Notes under the pieces: model-generated
Told to the model about the DNA's origin: nothing
Database searches by the model: none
The model's input: the letters and a program-made list of their open reading frames with translations, nothing else
Source: Podarcis pityusensis
Lineage: Eukaryota
Length of the DNA stretch: 64,000 nt
Assembly: GCA_964106645.2 (NCBI GenBank)
Contig: OZ067048.1
Strand: one strand, 5' to 3'
Part shown: positions 38,117 to 49,175 of the stretch, piece by piece
Position numbering within the stretch: the stretch's first letter is position 1
Layout of the letters: every line of letters begins with the position of its first letter
Position numbers and translations under genes: made by a program

Positions 38117-39536
38117 CTTCCATTAGTCTATAATTTAACCCATTAGTGCAGCGTATGCTTTTTCTGACAGAACAAGCTCCAGAATTTTAGGATGGAATAG
38201 GCTGTTCAGTTCCCTTGAACATAGTAGTGGCTGCTAAGCTTAAAAATAAAATTGTCATTCATTTTTAACCACTTTTATATTTTCAGTGGCCTAGCTTCAT
38301 GGCTTAATCCCCATTGATTTCAAAGGGAACTCAGTGCAATTTAGTCCGGATTCAGCCGAATATTTAAAAATTGTAGCACACTGTAGCACACTGGGAAATG
38401 GCAACAGCAAGGGTAGTCACATCAAATAAGGCAGGCAGGCAGTGTAAAAAGATAATTTCAAGTTCATATCATGAGTTCACTTTTTCAATGACTTTAGTAA
38501 GCTGAACCAGACTTGTATATGATCTAAAGTTGGCAACTCACCAAGCTGCAAATAATTTTAAAATAGGATGAAACAAGACATGGTGACTCACAATCTAGAT
38601 AATTTTCGGATCATACATAATGAGAGTTCCGAGTGCCAAAATCAATGGAAGAAATTAACTCATGAAAACAGAAATGAAGGTAACATGAACTGGGGGGAAA
38701 TGTGAAGTTTTGTATGGTTTTCTGGATTTCACATGCTGCTGTTTTTCAACAATAAGCACGTGCTTATTATGTTTGTGGATTTGTAAACAACATCCTGGCA
38801 TGGAAGATTCCTGTGCCACCATTAAACCTTAGGATGTACATACTTTTGTACTCACAATGGTACTGCCAGCATCCGGATCTGATATATCAGAGAAGAAGGG
38901 AATGGCATTAGGTCATAAAGCTTGCAGAGACAATGCACTTTAAATAAGCACATTGAAGCCTTAGTTAAATAAATAGGAATCCCTGCATAGACATGCTCTA
39001 AAATTGAAAGGGTGGAATGGGATAGGAGTCAGAATTGAACCTAAGGAAATAGACAAATGAAAACCAACATGAGAAACGGACCTAAATATAGACATTATAT
39101 ATAAAGTGGCAAAGTCTTCTGGTAAGCTCATACAGCCAAGAAAAGACCTCTAGCCTTTTCCCGAAGGAGCAAATTTTGCTGTAGGCCAAATTTTGTGCCT
39201 TCAGGGAGCATTTTCCACATCCTCTTGTCTGCCAAGCAATCCCTGCACATTGTAGGGATTCTAGGTCATGTTCTATGATGCACTCTCAGTACAAAGGCGG
39301 CACTGCCCAGGCCTGTTTGACTACACCGCTGCCCTGTCTGGGAATTCACCCTAAAAACAGATCCAACTATCCAGTGGCTGCTTTACTGCTGGGTGATGAT
39401 CAGTAGCAAAAGGCAGGCTATTTGGCTGATGAGAATTAGAAGTGCTGATGCTCTTTCATTTGTTTTGGCAAAAAATCGTATCTGCCTTGTTCAGAGTGTC
39501 TGGGGCAACCCAGCCAGATAAGGGGGTGCAAATAAA

Positions 39537-39830
39537 ATTATTATTATTATCATTATTAATCCAACTCACATTTACTTTGAGGTTTTCTACATTCAATTGG
39601 TATATACATTCTATGAAATAAGTAAATCTCAAAGTGGTCAATGGGCCTTAAGTTGAGGATAGCAGCCTTGTAGAATTATTATTATTATTAGAAATCCAAT
39701 CCATGTTTACTTTGAGGTTTTCTGCAATAAATTGGTATATAAATTCTAGGGAATATGTAAATCTCAAAATGGTCAATGGCCTTAAGTTGAGGATAGCAGC
39801 CTCGTACAATAATAATTATTGTTATTATTA
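39537..39830. repeat. Diverged tandem duplication, ~135-bp unit x2, bounded by (ATT)n tracts
   Basis: tttactttgaggttttct...aaatctcaaa..ggtcaatgg.ccttaagttgaggatagcagcct occurs twice, 134-135 bp apart. Confidence 0.9.
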
Positions 39831-40275
39831 ATTTGACTTGTGTAACTAAGCGGAATATAAATAATACCTTAAATAAACTTTGTGTGTGTGAGAATTTCAG
39901 AAAGCAGATATAATTTTAAATATAAAGCTTAAACCTTCTAAACCAGTTTTTCTCTGCAACCACGTCGGCTGCCCTTTGGGCTCGCTGCAACGTGAGAACC
40001 CCCTTGCCGGGCAGCGCAGCACCGCACTGGCAAGACTCCACCGCAGCCGGATGCTACGCGCGCTTCCTCGACACACGAACCCGCCCTGCTCCGCGACTGC
40101 AGCCGCCGCCGCCGCCTTCACATCTCCTCGCGAGATTTTGGCCGGCCTTTCCCCGCGCGCTAAAGGGAAACCCTCCCGGGTCCGAAAAACTCTCATAGCC
40201 TCTCATTGCGCGGCAAGAGTCCCCAGACGCCGCCCCAGTCAACCTCCGGCGCGGCGGGCCTCGCGTTGTAAACCC

Positions 40276-40327
40276 TAGAGCTCGAAGGGGACCCAAGGGT
40301 CATCTAGTCCAACCCCCTGCAATGCAG
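40276..40327 (-). mobile_element. Isolated CR1 3'-tail remnant inside the CpG island
   Basis: aagggtcatctagtccaaccccctgcaatgcag is nearly identical to the CR1/SINE tails at 33690-33735 and 33925-33977. Confidence 0.8.
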
Positions 40328-41181
40328 TGAGGCGGCGGCGGCCGCTGCTGCTGCTGCAGTGCGAAAGGCGGGCGGCGCCTCCCCTCGTCCTCCGAGCGGC
40401 GGCGCCTGTCAGTGACAGCCGGGGAGAAGAGCGCGCGGCCCCGGCAGCCTCGAGGCGGCTCCTTTAAAAGCCGAGTTCCCCCACCACCACCCTCAGAGCC
40501 GCGAGGCGATTGGCTGAGCGCGGCCCGCTCTTTCCTCTCTCGCGCGGCGGCCGAGGGGCCCGTTGGTGTCGCCTGGCGGCTGGGCTGCGCCTCGGAGCAC
40601 TTCTGAGGAGGAGGCGGCGACACCCACCCGCCTCCACACGGAGCGCCCCCGCGCTCGCCCCTTCAGACGCCGCGCGAACCTGCGTGTGTGAAACGAGGGC
40701 GGCGGCGCCCTCTCCCGCTTTTCCCCCTCAGCGGCCGCCCGTTTTCGAGGCTTGTGACGTCGGCGGCTCCCTCAGGCAGCGGCTGGCGGGCGGGCGGGCG
40801 GGAGGGAGGAGTCGTGAGGGGACGGCGGCGGCGGCGCTGGCGCTTCTTCTTCTTCTTCCCGGAAGGCTGCGGCGAGGCTGTGTGGACGCCTCGGCTTGAG
40901 GGGCCGCATCTTGGCGGGGGAAGCGTGAGGCAGGCGGGAGCCGCTGCCGGCCCAGAGCATCACCGGCCTCATCATCACCTGGCGCGGAGGGCGGCGCGCG
41001 GGCGGGGAGGGGCCGCGGGGCGGTTGCCTCGCCGAGGAGGCGCGGCGTGTGGCGTTGCCTCCGGAGTGCGGCATATAGTGTCGCCCAGCAGCGGCGCGGC
41101 GCCGCTCGGTAGTTTAAAGCGCCCTCGGGAGTAGCAGCAGAACCAGCAGCCTTCCCGCCCGCTCCTCGCCCGGCTCCGCGT

Positions 41182-41213
41182 GAGGAGGAGCAGCAGCCGC
41201 AGCAGCAGCAGCC
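41182..41213 (+). repeat. Interrupted (GAG)/(CAG) triplet repeat directly before the SLC12A2 start codon
   Basis: gaggaggagcagcagccgcagcagcagcagccATG. Confidence 0.85.
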
Positions 41214-41879
41214 ATGAAAGGGAAGCAGCAGCCGCCTCACACGCCGCCTCCGCCGCCCAGCGCCGGCTCGCCTCTGCTGAAAGACGACGCCGACGAAGCG
41301 CCTCGCTTCCCGGCCAGCGACGGGGATGCCGGCGGAACGGGCGCCCCTGCGGAGCCCGGCACCGCGCCGGCTCCCGCCTCGGCTGCCGGCGACGGGCTGG
41401 CTCTCCGACCGCTGGGTCCGACGCCGAGCCAGAGCCGCTTCCAGGTGGACCTGGTGGCCGAGAATGCGGGGCGAGCGGCCGCGGTGGGGGAAGAAGAGGC
41501 GGCGACGGCGGCGGCCCCCAAACCCCCCGGGGACGGGAAAGGCGGCGAGGAAGCCAAAGGCCGGTTCCGGGTGAACTTCGTGGACCCTTCGGCCGGCGAC
41601 GACAGCTCGGGGGAGCCCGGCGGCGAAGGCTGCAACGTGAGCTTCCAGAACGGGGGCGACACGGTGCTGAGCGAGGGGAGCCTGCATTCCGGCGGCGGCT
41701 CCGGGGGCCACCATCACTACTACTACGACACCCACACCAACACCTACTACCTGCGCACCTTCGGACACAACACCATCGACGCCGTGCCCAGGATAGACTA
41801 TTACCGCCACACGGCCTCCGGACTCGGGGAGAAGCTCATCCGGCCCAGCCTGGCGGAGCTGCACGACGAGCTGGACAAG
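41214..41879 (+). CDS. SLC12A2: SLC12A2/NKCC1 coding exon 1 (222 aa cytoplasmic N-terminal regulatory domain)
   Basis: ATG in gccATGa context at 41214. Translation contains [48 protein letters not shown] and [13 protein letters not shown], all diagnostic of NKCC1. Donor AAG|GTGAGA at 41880, phase 0. Confidence 0.97.
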
Positions 41880-42207
41880 GTGAGAGCGATGCGCGGCCAG
41901 CGGGCGAGCTCCGTGCGCGGCTGCGTCTGGCAGAGGATCGCGGGGCAGGCGCAAGAGGGGTGGGAGCAAGAGGGTGCCTTTTGCAGAAACGCCGAAAGCA
42001 GGTCTCGCAAGCCTGGGTTGCGGCGCCGTGCAGAACTGCAGAGACATCATCTTTGGCGATCCTTCGTAGCCGAGGACGATTGTCTTCCATAAACACGGTT
42101 TTAACAGTGAGCAGAGGCATCATCACTTTCAGGAGTCGTAGATGCGACAGCAACCCGCAGGCTAACTTAATCCCCGTGTCTAAAAGATCTTTGCCAGCCT
42201 TCGGTTC

Positions 42208-42285
42208 CTGAGATGTTGTTGGACTACAGTTCCCATCATCCCCAGCCAGCATAGCCAGTGGTCGGGGAGGATGGGAGCTGTAGTT
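42208..42285. mobile_element. Short palindromic MITE remnant in intron 1
   Basis: actacagttcccatcatcccc...ggggaggatgggagctgtagt hairpin. Confidence 0.65.
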
Positions 42286-44621
42286 AAAGAGCATGTGGGA
42301 GGAAGAAAACTACCTTGCGCTTTACCAGTTTGATATTTTGTTATGCTACACTGGAGTTGCAGCCTGCTGCGATTAGGCACACGTGCTTTATTTTTATATT
42401 TCTTTAAAGCAAGAGACGTCTGGTAGACCTTGCTATGCATGGGTAAAGGGGCTACATGCATTCTGATGCAATGCTCTGGTGCTGGTGTAGACTAGATAAA
42501 CACCCCTATGGGCTGCCAAAACTAGCTGAGCTTAAGTAAGGAGTGCTAACCTTATGTCACTGTCCTTCGTGGATTCTTTGCACATGAACTTGGCCTTCTC
42601 AGGTACACTTGGAAAATACTGTAATTTATCTAATTCTTCCATCTGCTTTGTGTACGTGTTGTCTGCTGTCCCAAGTGCACATGGGAGCATGAAACATGTG
42701 CTTATATATCCACAAAAGTAACTGGAGCATTTGCAGCTGAATATCTGCAAACGAAAAAACATGGCAAACTACTTGCTGTTAATTTCCTAAGCAGTGATAA
42801 CACCAACAAAGTTGAGTATTTACCTCTTGTGAACTCCATCCCTCTTTCCTTCCTGTTTATTTTCAGCAGAAGTTTCTTGCATGGGGTCAGCTGGGGAGAA
42901 CATGAAGCAAGCCCCAACTAGGGATCAATCAAAGGTCACCTTGAGATAGGCCAAAGGAAATTAAATTGTCTCTGCTTTTATAAACATGGCATCTGGGTAC
43001 CACCATCACCCCTTATCTAAGTACTGGAATTATTCAGTGACACAAACTGTTTGCCATATTTCATAGATTAGGCTTAAATTAATTCAACTTTATTTCTTGT
43101 CCTCTTGTAAAGGCACTTGTTTACATCATGCTTCTCTTTATGGGCTGCTGCATTCTGCATAAACTTGCATGTGTGATTGCCTCCTCAGTATCCTCAGGAA
43201 TGATTTGAGCTTCTTTTTAACTATCTTCATCCGTTTAGTATTAGTGCTTTATTAACTGTTCCTAGAATCCTAATGCTTCCTGTAGTGTTCACAACCTGGT
43301 TTTTAAAAGTAGGGACTAGGCTTTGTTTTAAAGGGTATTTGTTACTGATTCTCACACAAGACAACTGAAGGTGCTGTGTTAATTTTCTGACTTTTAACAG
43401 TAGATCAGAATTAAATACCCTCTTCAATTTTTTGTCACTGTGGGAAAAGGTAACCTAACATGAGAAACTTTGTTTTTAAGTTTTCTTAAGTGTGAAATAC
43501 ATTTATTAGGAAATCCAGCAATAAGGTTTTTGTTTTTTTTGTTTTGATTTCTTCAGACCTATGTCCTTTAGATAGAAAACAACCCCATTTTCTCACATGG
43601 TAGAAACGGTTAGTACATTTTAAAGAAGCATCTTAAATAAATAAATAAACAAACAAACATTTGAATATAATTAACTAAATCTCTACCACATGTTTCAATT
43701 TAAATGGTACATCTGTTATCTACTGCATATACCTATATCTACCTGCAGGTACATGGTGACATTACTCTTTAAAATGGGACTTCTGTTTCTTAAAGAGGCA
43801 TACATACTTCCATCTGTCACTTATCTATAAGAAGTTTCCTATATTATGATGAAAATCCCACAAAGAGAAGATTGTGATATTTTAACCTCGGTAATGTGTT
43901 CACTTTTCCCAGTAGAGTAAGTTGCATATTCACTTGTTCTGTTGGAAACCTTCACTGACTAATAGGATGAACTGTAAACATATGAAAGCATGCTAAAGTA
44001 TGGGCTTCAGCCATTTACTACCTGACTTGACCATTTATTGCAAATTTTAAACAACAATAATTTAAAGAGGGGAAGATGTTTCTGATACATCCAGTTCACT
44101 CCTTTAAATTTCAATGAATAAACAATAGCGCAGTGCCTTAGCAATATATTGTAAATATTTACTCCTGCCTGTTTACAATATGTTGTATGTTTAGTGTATG
44201 TAGATTTTTAAAAGAAATAGAATAGATTTTTTTAAAATTTGGATGGCTTGTTAAAGTAACCCGTTTAAAATGCTGCGTGCTGCAAGACCTAGCAGCTGCC
44301 TCAGTTGTGTTTTCAGTAGTGATTGTAGTACCTGAAGCCATGTTCAACCTGGCATATGGCCCCATGGTTAGTAGGTAACCATTGACTAGGTTGTGAAGAA
44401 TGAAAAGAATTACAGTGTTGTGTGTGAGTAGAAGAGTCTTTGTAAAGCACAACCAGGCAGGACCCTTAGCAAATACATACTATCACACCTTTGAGGAAGT
44501 TCAGAAATGTAGGTTCATCTTTATTTTATTTTTTTAAAAGAACACTTGTGCATCTTCTGTACTGCTGAAAGATTATACTCACCATGGCAGGTTACGTTTT
44601 CAAGCTGCTAAAATTATAGCA

Positions 44622-44795
44622 CAGGGGTAGTCAACCTTTTTATACCTACCGCCCACTAAAGCATCTTTCTTGATGGTAAAATTTCCTTACCAGCCACCAG
44701 TGCTTGATGGAAGGAGGATTCAGCTTGTGCCGTAGAACCCCCTACCACCCACTTAGAATCCTAGTGGGCAGTAGGGACCAGGTTGACAACCCCTG
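44622..44795. mobile_element. hAT MITE family C, copy 2 (intron 1)
   Basis: CAGGGGTAGTCAACC...GGTTGACAACCCCTG with TSD ttatagca/ttatcgca. Homologous to 27381-27566. Confidence 0.87.
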
Positions 44796-45781
44796 TTATC
44801 GCATAACTTAAGTATAGTTGGTGGTCAGTTTGTATCTAACCCACAAACACCCTGTGATGACTTTGAAAACTGGCAAATGAGGTAGTTGCGAAAGGAAGCT
44901 TCATAGCACATGTTGGAGACCTCTTGAGGCAATAGCCATTGTAACCTTTCCCATTGTGGCCTGGTTCACCTGTGACAGTAAATCAGGGGCAAAACAAATG
45001 ATGACTTACTGGGAGCTGGTGCACCAACCCCCTCCCTGCTTTTGACACACCTAGAGGAAACCAGGGATAGGTGTAAACTAGTGCTTGTGGATTATTTCTC
45101 TCCAAAGCAGCCATGAAAACAAGCCAAGAACTCCGGGATGGGTTTTAGTTGAGTAGCGTGCACCAGCGCACTTGCTTGTTCTGTGACTTACTCTTATATG
45201 TGAACCAGGCTAGTCTTTGCTTCCTTTTCCATCTTTTCAAGGGGTGGAAGGTGAGCAAGATATTATAGCAATCCTGAGGAGCCATTAACTATATGTGCCA
45301 GTGTAATTTTGGTAGATTGGAATAACTTGGGGGTTTTCATGAAAACAAAGAATTACTAGTAACCTTGGCATGTACCTATGCATTCCTTCCATAGGGACAT
45401 AGTTCATTTTTATCTCAATTTTCTAATATGAGAATAAAGTGCCTTACCATCATTAAAATGGAGCAGTAGTAAGACAGCAGAAAGTAAAACATTAACTCAC
45501 AGTGCTGATGAAAGAGGCTGGCTTGACTCATCACAATGATAGTGTCATCCATGATATGCGTGGGAAAATTTCCATTTTACCAAAAATATATATATATATA
45601 TATATCAACTGCTTTTTGCTGTGGAAAATTTTCTGTTTTATAAGTTCATGAATAACAGTGAATGGATGTCAACTGCAAATAAATATTAGATATGTTTGAC
45701 AGTTCAAGTATTTTTTCCCTTTGTTGACCAACAAACAAGCATGCTAAATTAGATCACTCTCTAGGGAGTCAGAAAATTTCT

Positions 45782-45783
<2 letters not shown>

Positions 45784-45820
<37 letters not shown>

Positions 45821-45822
45821 AT
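45784..45822. repeat. (CA)n microsatellite
   Basis: Direct reading. Confidence 0.95.
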
Positions 45823-45960
45823 AAAATTCCCTGCAAATTATTGGAATTTGCATTGGAAGTTCAATGTTATGTTATGACTGCTGTTCACTGCTATGTTGAA
45901 CACTTCACCATCTAGGACAGGAAGGAGTTTTTGCCTCCCCCCACTCTTGTCCCATTATAT

Positions 45961-46324
45961 GGGACGCGGGTGGCACTGTGGGTTAAACCACGGAGCCTAG
46001 GGCTTGCCAATCGGAAGGTCGGTGGTTCGAATCCCCGCGACGGGGTGAGCTCCCGTTGCTCGGTCCCTACTCCTGCCCAACTAGCAGTTCGAAAGCATGT
46101 CAAAGTGCAAGTAGATAAATAGGTATCATTCCGGCGGGAAGGTAAACGGCGTTTCCGTGTGCTGCTCTGGTTCGCCAGAAGCGGTTTAGTCATGCTGGCC
46201 ACGTGACCCGGAGGCTGTACGCCGGCTCCCTCGGCCAATAAAGCGAGATGAGTGCCGCAACCCCAGAGTCGGCCACGACTGGACCTAATGGTCAGGGATC
46301 CCTTTACCTTTACCTTTACCTTTT
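45961..46324 (+). mobile_element. Sauria SINE, full length (intron 1)
   Basis: Head GGGACGCGGG, (TTTACC)3 tail, 13-bp TSD ACTCTTGTCCCAT. Confidence 0.93.
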
Positions 46325-46570
46325 ACTCTTGTCCCATATTGCACCCTATTTAATTGCTTCAATTGAATTCAGTGGGAAGCACTGAGAACTGATCCCACTT
46401 CTAATGTGTTTAACCCTCCTAGAATCTTGTGCATACCTTTTAAAGCAGTGAAAAGTAGTGTAGAGAATGTGCCTGCCCAATCTAAATAGGACCAACTGCA
46501 CATTCCTACCATGGTTAGAAGAGATGCTGCAGCTCTACAGTGAATGATTGCTGTGCCTTCAGTTGTCAAC

Positions 46571-46745
46571 AGGGGAGGGACTGAGCTCAGTGGCAGAATG
46601 GCAAGCTTTGCTTGTAGAAGTTCCTAAGTTCAATCAGTTGTGTAGGACTGGGAAAGATCCCTGGTGCCAGTCAATATGTAGATAATACTGAGGGTATATG
46701 GACCAATGGTCTGATTGTGAATGGGGCAGCTTTCAATGTTCTTAT
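46571..46745 (+). mobile_element. Old tRNA-derived SINE, degraded
   Basis: A-box-like AGCTCAGTGG, degenerate B box, and LINE-type tail ggaccaatggtctga..ggcagctt..atgttctta. Confidence 0.5.
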
Positions 46746-48948
46746 TCTGGTAATGCTTTGCCTACCATTCCCAGCTCTTGCTGGCGAGGACAAAGATGCT
46801 GGATGACTTCAAATTAAGAGGCACAATTTGACACTTTGGCTGCTCGCCTGGGGGTAACTGCTTCTTAGTGAATATAGTGCAAACTGCATGGCTGCCATAA
46901 TGGTGCAAATGGGGCTTTATGCAGTTCCATAGTTAATTCCAATCAACTTGTGCAATCATAGTTGGGCTGAATGTTCATAGTAACATTCAGTACATATAAT
47001 ATAGCTTGTAATACATTTGCATTGATCCCCTAACTAATAAACACTTTATGATCATATCTTTTCATATTGTTGCGTTTTGGAAAGTAAGTAAAACTCATAT
47101 TATCACAGTTTTTTGGACACAAAAGTTCCACACTTAATCCTAAAGTTGATGGATAAAACAAAGAGTAAAAATGTACATATTTTGCTAACTTTGCTGTTGG
47201 CTCCATTATGATGCTAGAACATGGTAGAAGTAATTTCACTGTTCAGCTAGAGACATAAAAGGCAATTATGTCAAGTTGTGGTATGAGACCTATATTTCAG
47301 TAGTATTGTCTGCTGTCTCTGAGTCTCTTGAGGTTGCAGTCCAGTATGCACTGACATGGAAGTAAGTCCCATTGAACTCGGGTGGCCTTACCACTGGGTA
47401 GACATGTGTAGGATTGAGCATTTTCAATAAATCACTTGAGAGAGAGGCATATTTAACTGCATGATAAACAGCCAAACTATATAATTCTGTGGATCTAATC
47501 TAATGATGGCCTTTTCGGGGGACTCTTAATCTCCCTCCCACCCACCCTTTACAAGCAGCCAGATTGGGAGCAATGTTTACTTTACTTTCCCCCACTATTT
47601 ATTCATTTTAGCTTTTAATGTTTATGAATGTGAGATCTCCTTGACTTTAAGATTCAAATCTGAGTAAGAATCTTTGGGCCATGAGGGTCATTTTCAAATA
47701 AACTTCTCTACTGGTTTTAAGGTGCTGTGTTCTTGTGGCAAGCGAGATGGTAGAGGAGGATAGATCTTTTATTGATATAAAAATGAATTGCTGGGTGAAG
47801 TTGGCTGATATTTTTGAAATTTATTCATAACCTATGTGATGAGACAGAGGAGGTGGTCAATATTGCTGTAAAAAAAAATCCAGCTTGGGAATGGAGATTT
47901 ATTCCTCAGGCACAGTTTGGAATTAAGCTCTGGATGAATAGAATTGGTTTTATGAGTAGCTATTCCCAAGTCTGAAAATTATTTATTTGTATGGAGGATA
48001 TGTACCATATTGTAGGTTTTCTGTGTTGGTGTGTATGAAGTAATGCTTTTGAATGAAAAGTTTGGAAAACACAATAAAACATCAAACCTTAACTGATACT
48101 GGTAAAAGTAGTTGCCATTAGGATCCTTTAAACTTTCATTCTGTTGAGACATTCACAGGCTGTCTCCCAGTGTATTCTTGAGTGGTGTTTGTAGAGCAGA
48201 TGTATGGCAACAATCCTTGTGTAAAGAAGATCCTAGATGTATCTTCAAATTTGTACAATGTGAGCGTCTAAGCACAGCAGACTTTTCAAAAGTACTGCAA
48301 TAGATGCTCCTAAAGCAGCTAGGTCATAAAACAAATGGAGTATAACAATCACAAAGGCGGCAAATTCCAACCACACTCATAGGAATTTATGTGTGTTCTC
48401 TTTAGTTATATGATTCTCTTCTCTTCCCACCGTGCACCTCTTATCATATTAAATGACTTTGAATGGTGTGTTGTGTGTAAGTGTAACTGGCTGTTTAACC
48501 CATTCCTTCATTGCTGTTTTGTCTGCTCAGAGTAACCCCTCCTTCCAGATACTTTTCATCACATGCTGCTTTTTCTTCCTCAGCTGCTTTACATGATAAA
48601 AGAGAAGATTAGGGCGGAGGTGGAAAGTGGAATAATAGGAACAACATGAAATCTGTCCTTCTGTCTGGGAATGCAGAGAAAAACTTTCAGTTTGAGGATG
48701 GGAGAAAAATGTTTGATCTGTACTTAGGGCGAATGTTGTCATGATAACCTGGTTGAGAAGAGGAAGATTGGCCTGCAGAACTATGTGCAAATGAGGAGGT
48801 GTTGAGGATTAATGCAAGGTCAAGAGCTGAAATATTAACTTGATGGCTCTTAAAGTCTTACAACTGACTACAAAGTTTTCCAGTAACTAATGACTGAGAA
48901 TTAGCAAGTGGGAAATCTGTTTAAGGGGCTATATTACTAAACAAATTA

Positions 48949-49175
48949 CAGTGGTGCCTCGGGTTACATATGCTTCAGGTTACAGACTCCGCTAACCCAG
49001 AAATAGTACCTCGGGTTAAGAACTTTGCTTCAGGATGAGAACAGAAATTGTGCCCCGGTGGCACAGCAGCAGCAGGAGGCCCCATTAGCTAAAGTGGTGC
49101 TTCAGGTTAAGAACAATTTCAGGTTAAACGTGGGACCTCCAGAATGAATTAAGTACTTAACCTGAGGTACCACTG
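48949..49175. mobile_element. Tigger/pogo-like MITE family A, copy 3 (reverse orientation)
   Basis: TA|CAGTGGTGCCTCG...GAGGTACCACTG. Reverse complement of 15148-15373. Confidence 0.88.

Larger units (their letters stand above)
39960..42100. promoter_or_regulatory. CpG island containing the SLC12A2 promoter, 5'UTR and exon 1; probably bidirectional
   Basis: Abrupt switch to very GC- and CpG-rich sequence. Visible motifs: GC boxes (GGGCGGGG near 41000), CRE-like TGACGTC near 40755, ETS-like CCGGAAG near 40859, AT-rich TTTAAA near 41113, and on the minus strand CCAAT (40509-40513) with TTTTAAA (about 40463-40469). Confidence 0.9.

Noticed and set aside
40728-42050. 440-aa antisense ORF over SLC12A2 exon 1
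   Set aside because: Shadow frame of a very GC-rich CDS and CpG island. Low-complexity Arg/Ala/Gly product with no recognisable domain.
41180-42211. 343-aa alternative-frame + strand ORF, and the 292-aa read-through of exon 1 into intron 1
   Set aside because: The alternative frame has a non-ATG start and stops are depleted by GC content. NKCC1 homology ends exactly at the GT donor at 41880.
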